Source: the human T2T-CHM13v2.0 reference genome, Homo sapiens
Reading direction: 5' to 3' (one strand)
NCBI RefSeq assembly: GCF_009914755.1
Contig: NC_060942.1
Length of the DNA: 64,000 nucleotides
The notes beneath the pieces were generated by a model that was not told the DNA's origin, did no database searches, and saw only the letters and a list, made by a program, of their open reading frames with translations. Numbering within the stretch: position 1 is the stretch's first letter; each line of letters begins with the position of its first letter. Shown here in pieces: positions 15,870-64,000 of this stretch. Position numbers and translations under genes: made by a program.

Positions 15870-18800
15870 TATTGGGGGAACCCGCCCCCAGTATTTCAAT
15901 GTAGGTTCTTTCTATTTTCCTAAGTATCAGCCAGCTAAGAAATAAAGAGAGACAATATAAAGAGAGGAATTTTACAGCTGGGCTGCCAGGGGTGGCATCA
16001 CATATCAGTAGGACCATGATGCCTGCCTGAGTCTCAGACCAGCAAGTTTTTATTAAAGGTTTCAAAAAAAGAGGGGGCGTAAGAACAAAGAGTACGTACA
16101 AAGATCACATGCTTCAAAGGGCAAAAAGCAGAACCACTGATAAGGGTCCAACAAAGATCACATGCTTCTGAGGGAACAGGGCAAAGGGCAAAAGCAGAAC
16201 CACTGACAAAGGTCCGACAAAGATCACAAGGCAAAGGGCAAAAGCAGAACCACTGACAAGGGTCTATGTTCAGTGGTGCATGTATTGTCTTGATAAACAT
16301 CTTAAACAACAGAAAACAGGGTTTGAGAGCAGAGAACCGGTCTGACCACAAATTTACCAGGATTGAGTTTTCCCAACCCTAGTAAGCCTGAGGGTTCTGC
16401 AGAAGACCAGGGCTTATCTCAGTCCTTATCGCAACTGCATAAGACAAACATTCCTAGAGCGGCCATTTATAGACCTCCCCCCACGAATGCATTCTTTTCC
16501 CAGGGTATTAATATTAATATTCTTGCTAGGAAAATAATTTAGCTATGTTTCCCACTTGCATGTCCATTTATAGGCTCTCTGCAAGAAGAAAAATATGACT
16601 CTTTTTGCCTGACCCCGCAGGCAGTCAGACCTTATGGTTGTCTTCCCTTGTTCCATAAAAATCTCTATTATTCTGTTCTTTTTCAAGGTGCACTGATTTC
16701 ATATTGTTCAAACACGCATGTTTTACAATCAATTTGTACAGTTAACACAATTATCACAGTGGTCCTGAGGTGACGTGCATCCTCAGCTTACGAAGATAAC
16801 AGGATTAAGAGATTAAAGACAGGCATAAGAAATTATGAAAGTATTATTTGAGAACCGATAAATGTCCCTATTAAGATGAAATCTTCACAATTTATGTTCC
16901 TCTGCCACAGCTCCAGACGGTCCCTCCGTTTGGGGTCCCTGGCTTCCCGTAACATCTCTCCCTTTCTTTTTATATAAATGTGCCATGGCAATGAAGCCTT
17001 GTTCGTTCTCTCGGTTTTGACACAAGATTCTTTGACTGGTCCAGAATACTAAAAACAAGCCGATTAAACAGAGAAACATGATTCCAAAATTTACTACAGT
17101 GGGCCCCCAATAGACTTAATCCAAGTCGTGGGGTTTAGTCCAGAAAGACTTTGTGCCACCTGCTCTAACGCCTCAGCTCCAGGCACAATGGATAAATGAG
17201 CTTGAGAGCCTTCAAATATTTGTTTCTTTAATTTAGTTATGTCCAAGGATAAATTATCTTCCCTACCCAGCAGGTGCCCTTTGACCATTTCCCATGAATG
17301 ATCAGTCGATCAGTCGATCAGTCTCATTGTAGGAATATGGTGTGATACAGAAATCAGAAGTATTCCAATCACACTGCATTTGCATGCGACGTTCGAGACT
17401 CATTAGCCGATCTCCAAGCCAAATAACAGACTGTCTTAAATCATTAATTTGATTAGCTAATTTTTGATCAATGCCCTGTGAGAATTCCACATTTGGGTGG
17501 AACTGGCTTGCCAATCATTAACAAAATGAGCCATTTGAATAGATTGGTGTAATGCCACTCTGGCAGTGGTGGCCAGTGCAGTGACTGTAATTAGGCTCAT
17601 GATCACAGTGATTAAAGTGAAAACAAATCTCTTAGATCTTTTGAGAATTTGTTGTAACCCTTCATTAATTAAATGTACTGAGGGGGAAGATTCCCAAGGT
17701 CTGGGTAAAGTTACCAGTATCCAGATTCCTTCTCAAGCTCGAACCAACATTACACTTTTCCTGAAGTCAAAATAGGAGTTAACACAAGTGTATAAATGAC
17801 AATTAATGCATTGGACAGTTTGATTTTTCATCAAAATTTTGATATTTCCCACTAACAGCATGTAAGGAGGCTTAACACAACTCTGTATAGGAATAGTCAG
17901 GCTGGAGGTAAACAAAGCAGAATGTCTGAATCTATGTTGATACAGAGGGAGACGAGCAGCAGTGGCAACACTGGATGTTCTCCACCATAAAGAAGCAATC
18001 CAAGGTGCCCAGGATGCTGAAGAGGTAGAGGGGCATACCTGGGTCAAGAATTATTATCATAATGCCAATCGGAGTCCCATAAAGGAGGATGGGCATCAAA
18101 AAGAGGAAGAGGGTTCAAAGGGGATTTATCATGGGGTTCAGAATCACGGATGCGAGGGGCAGTAGTGGGGACAACAGACAGGAAAGTTTCCCCTTCTCAT
18201 AATCATAGTCCAGACATGGCAATAGCCAATTTCCAAAGTTCTGGGTGTTCTGGGCTCAGAATGGGGAATATCATACGAGGCCTTGGCAGGGGTAGGGTAA
18301 TGCCCTTCTCTTCCCATTTTAAGGGAAAGAACAAGCTGAACCTCCTATGCAAAGTAGGATGGTGATCCTCGTCCTCCCAATAAGAAATAAAATAAGTAGC
18401 CTCCAGGCATTCCCTTCTGCCAGAGGAGCAATTGCTTTTTAAATAGTCCTTTGGTGCCCAGTCTATTATTAAACCATATGAGTCATTTTTTAATCCTACT
18501 GCATGTGAGTTAACACAATCTTCCCAAATTAAACTTTTAGATAAGGCCCTCAAAATTTTTAGGACATGGTTTTCCCACAGGTTTATATCGAAAGTATGGG
18601 GTATCTCCTATTACTCCCCCTTTCATTTGTCTTAAAGGAGAAAGGGAGAGGCCAGAGACCAAATGTCTCCATTCCCCTGTGGCTGATCTCTTCAGAAGGT
18701 AAGCAGCCCAGACTTGAGTTTCTAGATGGATACAACCAGGTGCATGTCCGAGGCACAGAAGAAGGTATTTATAACCCATAGTAACATTAATTGCAGTGCC

Positions 18801-19557
18801 TTCTTCTCCTGGTTGAGCAGGGCAATGGTCATCTGTAGCTCCAGGCATCCACACACTATCATTAGTATAGATCTCTGCAGGAGCATCCATCTAGGTGAGA
18901 GGTCGAATAAGTGGAGGAAAAGGCACATAAGCCCAATAAGAATAATAATTTACCAGGGCTGAGTTTCCCCAACCCTAGTAAGCCTGAGGGTTCTGCAGAA
19001 GACCAGGGCTTATCTCAGTCCTTATCACAACTGCACAAGACAGATATTCCCAGAGTGGCCATTTATAGGCCTTCCCCCAGGAATGCATTCTTTTCCCAGA
19101 GTATTAATATTAATATTCCTTGCTAGGAAAAGAATTTAGCAATATGTTTCCTACTTGCATGTCCATTTTATAGGCTCTCTGCAAGAAGAAAAATATAGCT
19201 CTTTTTGCCTGACCCTGCAGGCAGTCAGACCTTATGGTTGTCTTCCCTTGTTCCATAAAAATCACTATTATTCTGTTCTTTTTCAAGGTGCACTGATTTC
19301 ATATTGTTCAAACACACGTTTTACAATCAATTTGTACAGTTAACACAATTATCACAGTGGTCCTGAGGTGATGTACATTCTCAGCTTACGAAGATAACAG
19401 GATTAAAAGATTAAAGTAAAGACAGGCATAAGAAATTATAAAAGTATTATTTGAGAACTGATAAATGTCCATATTAAGATGAAATCTTCACAATTTATGT
19501 TCCTCTGCTGCTGCTCCAGCCAGTACCTCTGTTCGGGGTCCCTGACTTCCCGTAACA
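15870..19557 (-). mobile_element. HERV-K(HML-8)/MER11-type provirus with a large internal deletion
   Basis: 6-bp TSD AAAAGT at 15864-15869 and 19558-19563. Full 3' LTR 15870-16954, PPT 16955-16973, env remnant 16975-18950, and only the first ~610 bp of the 5' LTR (18947-19557). Confidence 0.9.
16975..18950 (-). pseudogene. Disrupted betaretroviral (HERV-K-type) env
   Basis: Fragments YSYWAYVP, WEDC...[42 protein letters not shown]...[13 protein letters not shown] and [16 protein letters not shown] in several frames, with stops and frameshifts. Confidence 0.88.
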
Positions 19558-19769
19558 AAAAGTACCAGACCAAGACACAGGAGATTTCTTTGGGCTTCTG
19601 TTTCTTGCAAAGTCAAAGACAAAGACCAAAAAAAATTTTTTTCAGAGGCAGGGTCTTGCTCTGTCACCCAAACCGGAGTGCAATGGCACCATCAGATCTC
19701 ACTACAGCCTTATCCTCCTGGGCTCAAGTGATCCTCCCATCTTAGCCTCCCAAGTAGCTGAGACTTGTT

Positions 19770-20620
19770 TCCAGACTATATAAACAACTCCTCCAACTCA
19801 GTAATAAGAAGACAACCCAATTAGAAAATAGGGGAAAAGATCTGAATAAATACTTCACAAAATAAGACATATGATGGGCTAAGGAGCTCATGAAAAAAAT
19901 GCTCAACATCATTAGTCATTAGGAAAATGCAAATTAAAACCACAATGAGATACTTTCCACAGTCACTAGAATTGCCATTACAAGTGCTGACAAGGATGTG
20001 GAGAAACTGGAACCTTCATATATTGCAGTGGGAATGTAATATGATGCAGTCACTTGAAACAGCCTGGCAACTTAAGTGAAAAACACCATAAGACCTAGCA
20101 ATTCCATGTCTACGTAACTAACCAAGAGAAATGAAAGTGTATGTTCACACAAAGATTTGCATGTGAATGTTCATAGCAGCCAAAACTTAGAAATAATGCA
20201 AATGTCCCTGAACTAGTGAATGGATGTATAAACTGTGGTATATCCATACAATAGAATACTACAGAAATCAAAAGGAATAAACTACAGATGCATCCAGTAT
20301 CATGATGAACCTCGAAAACATGTTAAGTGAAAGGCAAACATGAAAGAGTACATATTGAATGATTCCGTTAATATGAAATTTGAAGAAAAGACAACTATGG
20401 AGACACAAGTTGGTCAGTGTTTGTTTGGCACTGGGTAAAGAAGTCGGGTTTTGTGCAAACATGCACAAGAAAAGTTTTCGGGGTGATGGAAGCATTCTAA
20501 AACTAGATTGTGCTGATGATTGCAAAGCTCTAAATTTACCAAGAATCACTTTATAAATCACTCACAATGGGCAGACTTCATGGTATGGAAATTATACCTC
20601 AATATAGCTTTTAAAATACT
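19770..20620 (+). mobile_element. L1M (MB/MC-type) 3' fragment
   Basis: aaatgcaaattaaaaccacaatgagata...ttatacctcaata. Confidence 0.75.
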
Positions 20621-21322
20621 GTCTAAAAGAATAAATTTCTCTAGAATTTTTACATAAAACATTGGCCGAGCTACTAGAAATAAAGCACTGTTTTATTTAG
20701 AAAGTAATATCCTGCAGAAAGCTTCTCTGAATATCCCATGGAGATGATGTAATGAATCATGTGAATATGCAGAAGAAAGATGAGCGTTTACCAAAAGGAG
20801 TTAATAGGTTTGATTTTTTAAAAAAGAGTTTCAAGATCAAGTAAGTATGAGTAACAGAGGAATAAACAAAGGTAACTAGGTTTCATTACTTTAGGGTTTC
20901 CTAGAGTTTTAAAATATTTCATTGTGTCTAATGACTCCAGGAAAATATGTAAATTTCAGACCTTTCCTGATTTGTTTTTCACAAAAAGTGGTATAACACA
21001 AGACATATTTTGATATATGAAAAACACAGTGCAGTGCAGAGGTAGAATGCCAAATAGAATACTGACGAGAATTACCCAGTAACTTGTTAATTTCTTTGAC
21101 TTCATTTGGCTAACATCTCCAGGTTCACAGCTTGAGAGAGATGTCAAGTGTTTCCCACCACAGAGGCAGTTTACTGGTTTGTTGCTCAAACCAAAAGTTT
21201 GGAGTTCTATTTTATGACTTTCTTTCAAACCCTACACTCAACATGTACATCCATCAGCACATCTAGTTGGCTCTACCTTTAAAATAGAATCTGACCTCTC
21301 TCACAGTGCCCAAGATACAACC

Positions 21323-22244
<922 letters not shown>

Positions 22245-22956
22245 TAATAGCTTCCTTTAGTGAAGGAAAAGCCAGCCTTTACCGTGGTTCCAAGGCCTTA
22301 CATCATCTGGCCCCAACTACCTTTCTGATTAATCTCTTTTCACTCACTCTACTCCAGCACAAATATTATGCCTCAAATGCACTCAGCAGGCTTCTGCCCA
22401 AGGGACCTTGCGCTGGCTTTTTCCTCTGCCTTAGATAATTACCCTGAAGATAATCCATGGCTAGTTCATTCAGACCTCTCTTCAAGTATCAGCTGCTCAG
22501 AGAGGCCTTTTCTGACCATCACATATAAAATGAAACAGCACACCTGCCATTTCCAGTTTATGGCACTTAACGCTTATTTCCTGTTTCCTCCACTAGTATA
22601 TAAGCTCAACAAGAGCAAGGGGTATGTTTTGTTTTTGCTGAAGTCTTAGGATCTAGAATAGTGCCTGACCCATGGGAGACACTGAAAACATTTCTTTAAT
22701 GACTAAATAGGTGGGTTAATGAAAGTGGCTGTTAATTCCAGTTCTGCCTACAAAAGCGCTCTCTTCACACTGAATTATGTATATGAGAGAGAAGAGAAAG
22801 GAAGGAAGAAGAAACGGGCATATGGGTAGATAGTTGTCAGCAAATGGAGCTAGTCATAAGTGAGTTAAAAAAGGAGGCAAAGGGGGCAGGAAAATAACAT
22901 GAGATTAAGTAGATCATTTGGATTTGTAAGTCTGTGAACTCCAAAATAGGCACAGG

Positions 22957-22962
22957 TTTATT
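22957..22962 (-). terminator. CFAP53: CFAP53 polyadenylation signal AATAAA (3'UTR about 170 nt)
   Basis: tttatt on + strand about 145 nt after the stop codon; first canonical hexamer downstream. Confidence 0.8.
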
Positions 22963-23104
22963 CAAAGGAAGAAAATTATGTTCAATTAATTACACAAACT
23001 CAGGGAAAAAAGAAAAGTTTATCCAGGAGTTAAAAGAAGCATACAAGCATACTGTAGTTAAAAATATTAAAAGACCAAGAAAAGATATATTGATGCTCAC
23101 GGAA

Positions 23105-62146
<39,042 letters not shown>

Positions 62147-62238
62147 TTTCGAGTCCCCTTCGGGACGGGGGCGGCGTCCGCCGCGTTTCCCCCAACCGTG
62201 GCGACCTGCGGGACCCGCTTCCGCGACGCAGAAGTCTG

Positions 62239-62252
62239 GTTGCCATGGTGCG
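62239..62252. promoter_or_regulatory. RFX X-box (GTTGCCATGGTGCG)
   Basis: Perfect GTTGCC half-site plus ATGG, against consensus GTTGCCATGGCAAC. RFX factors are established regulators of ciliary genes. Confidence 0.75.
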
Positions 62253-62306
62253 CCTCGCGGGATTAGGGGCCGGTAGAGGTGGGCGGGTCGGGCGGAAGTC
62301 GGTCTG

Positions 62307-62320
62307 GTCACCATGGGGGC
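62307..62320. promoter_or_regulatory. Second X-box-like site (GTCACCATGGGGGC)
   Basis: GTNRCC-AT-GG pattern, 68 bp from the first X-box, in a similar GAAGTC..TGGT context. Confidence 0.5.
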
Positions 62321-62689
62321 CGCAGACGCCTGCACTCGGGACTTCCTCTTCCAGCTGAGAAGCTGAGCCTGCGCAGTCCTCACCCCGCCCCTCGGCCAAA
62401 TCCCGCCGACCTTGCTCCCTTCCTCCAGGGTTCATCAGAATGGCAGAAAAAACCTCTAGCCCAAGAAAAATCAAAGCTCTAATTACAATTCCAGTTGACT
62501 TTGCTATTTATATCTTGTAATGGTCTAAAAGTATGAAAAAGGTTAGCGAACATTTTTTGGGAAGCTTAAATTTTGCACTATCTGTAGGTTAATCTTGATG
62601 ACGGTAATAATCACAGGAAAACCTTATATTTGTGTAGTTCTTTACAATTTCCAAGATATTTTCACACACACAGCCTTTTAACCTCACAG

Positions 62690-62980
62690 ATTTTTTCTGA
62701 GACAAGGTCTCGCTCTGTCGCCCAGGGTGGAGTGCCGTGGCGTGATCATGGCTCCCTGCAGCCTCGTCCTCCTGGGCCTCAGCCTCCAGAGTATCTGGGA
62801 CTACAGAGCCTGCGCCACCACGCCCTGCTAATTTAAAAACAAATTTTGAAGAGACAGGGGGTCCCGCTATGTTGCTCAGGCTGGAACTCCTGCTCCTGGG
62901 TTCAAGCGATCCTCCCCACTGCCCCTCCCGCCGGCCTCCCAAAGTGTTGGAATTACAGGGTGCGCTACCGCGCGTGGCCG
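62690..62980 (-). mobile_element. Diverged CpG-retaining AluJ next to the promoter
   Basis: Alu consensus; many CpGs retained, as expected at an island edge. Confidence 0.8.
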
Positions 62981-63645
62981 CAAATATCTTACAGGGTTGA
63001 TAGAATAGCAAGTAATACTATCCTTATTTTCCAGCTAAGGCAAAGCTCAGGGAGCCTAAGTGCCTTGTCAAACCAAATAACCAGTAATAATAATAATTTT
63101 TTAAAACCTGTTAATAAAATCTTCCTATTTGCCATTGGCAGAAACCAGGGCTTAGACTCAGGATATCCTAGGATGGGGGCAGATCAAATGGACTAGTGGG
63201 GCAGTGGCACGACCTGGTGGAGCATAATTAAGAGTCTGAGGGTCACAGTGGACCAGGGTCAGGATGTGGATCAGAAGTCCAGTAACTGGTTTCTGAGAAT
63301 CAGGATCCAGGCAGAACAGGAAACACAAATCAGGGAACCAGGACGGACCTGCAGCACAGGTGGTAACCACAGTTGCATTTCCAGTCAAGAGCAAGGTGGT
63401 AATACCTAAAAGCCAATTAAGAATGACACTGTGATACTCCCATTCTAAAGTGGGGGTGAGCATAGAACACTTGTGAGCACATGCAACAAATCAGTACCTA
63501 CGTCAAACTGACATATAATAAGTACAACTAATGTGTATGCCCTCTTAAGGACGCAATTTACTGTAAATTAGCATTCCTTAATCATTTGTAAACCACCCAC
63601 TTCGGATTTTGTATGTGGTATGTTTCTAAATACGAATTCCATTTC

Positions 63646-63792
63646 CTGAATTGCTGGTTCAGCTTTTCAGCCACGAAATAATGTTTTTCTTCTCTTTTAA
63701 TAATTCTGTCATTTTGTGTTCTTTTCTATAACGGTTCTTTCAATTGCAGTTCAGTAAAATACGCATTTGCATTTACTAAGAGTTTACGTGGC
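63646..63792 (-). pseudogene. Degenerate duplicate of CFAP53 exon 3 (unprocessed gene fragment)
   Basis: Translates PRKLLVNANAYFTELQLKEPL* against LRELLALEENEYFTEMQLKKET. The 3' end GTGGCTGAAAAGCTgaACCAGCAATTCAG closely matches exon 3. Acceptor intact, donor mutated GT>GA, flanking intron also homologous. Confidence 0.9.
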
Positions 63793-63819
63793 CTGAAACA
63801 GAAAACAAACAAATTAGGT

Positions 63820-64000
63820 GGTCGTCTCGGTTTCCTGGAGTGTCCAGAGGGGCGGTTCTTTGATCTTCGAGTCCAACGGGCTCCGGGCCCGCCCGTCGGT
63901 CCGGGCGGAACCACCCCCACCACACATCCTCCGGGAAGGCGGCAATGAAAACGCCTTGGGCCCGAAGTACGGCTTGGGAAAATCGGCGCAGATTCGGGGC
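63820..64000. promoter_or_regulatory. Start of a second CpG-rich island running off the window end
   Basis: High CpG/GC density and GGGCGG boxes. Confidence 0.6.

Noticed and set aside
16975-18950. Domesticated (syncytin-like) env in either provirus
   Set aside because: Both env remnants are broken into short frames; the HML-8 env lacks its N-terminus and the ERV1 env has a stop inside the ISD.

Overview
Human genomic DNA: the window has dense Alu/L1/ERV content and a human-lineage AluYb8. It contains the complete CFAP53 (CCDC11) gene on the minus strand. I rebuilt the gene from eight GT-AG coding exons (69+230+174+304+219+217+103+229 = 1545 nt, 514 aa), with a CpG-island/RFX X-box promoter near 62.0-62.4 kb and an AATAAA at 22957-22962. 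The rest is mostly transposon-derived: an internally deleted HERV-K(HML-8)/MER11 provirus, a pol-less MER66-type ERV1 provirus, solo LTR10 and MER11 LTRs, a 7SL pseudogene, and L1, MLT/MER21 and Tigger/hAT fragments. Repeat subfamily names come from recognition, not a search, and their boundaries are approximate. The main unexplained structure is an ancient, collinear, degenerate copy of CFAP53 exon 3, intron 3 and part of exon 4 lying directly upstream of the gene and apparently forming part of its own promoter. Also notable are a 295-bp gene-conversion-like tract between two otherwise diverged LTRs, an AP-1 VNTR in LTR10, loss of the poly(A) signal in a sense-oriented intronic LTR, and X-boxes that also supply upstream ATGs. 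I see no evidence of a novel protein-coding system.
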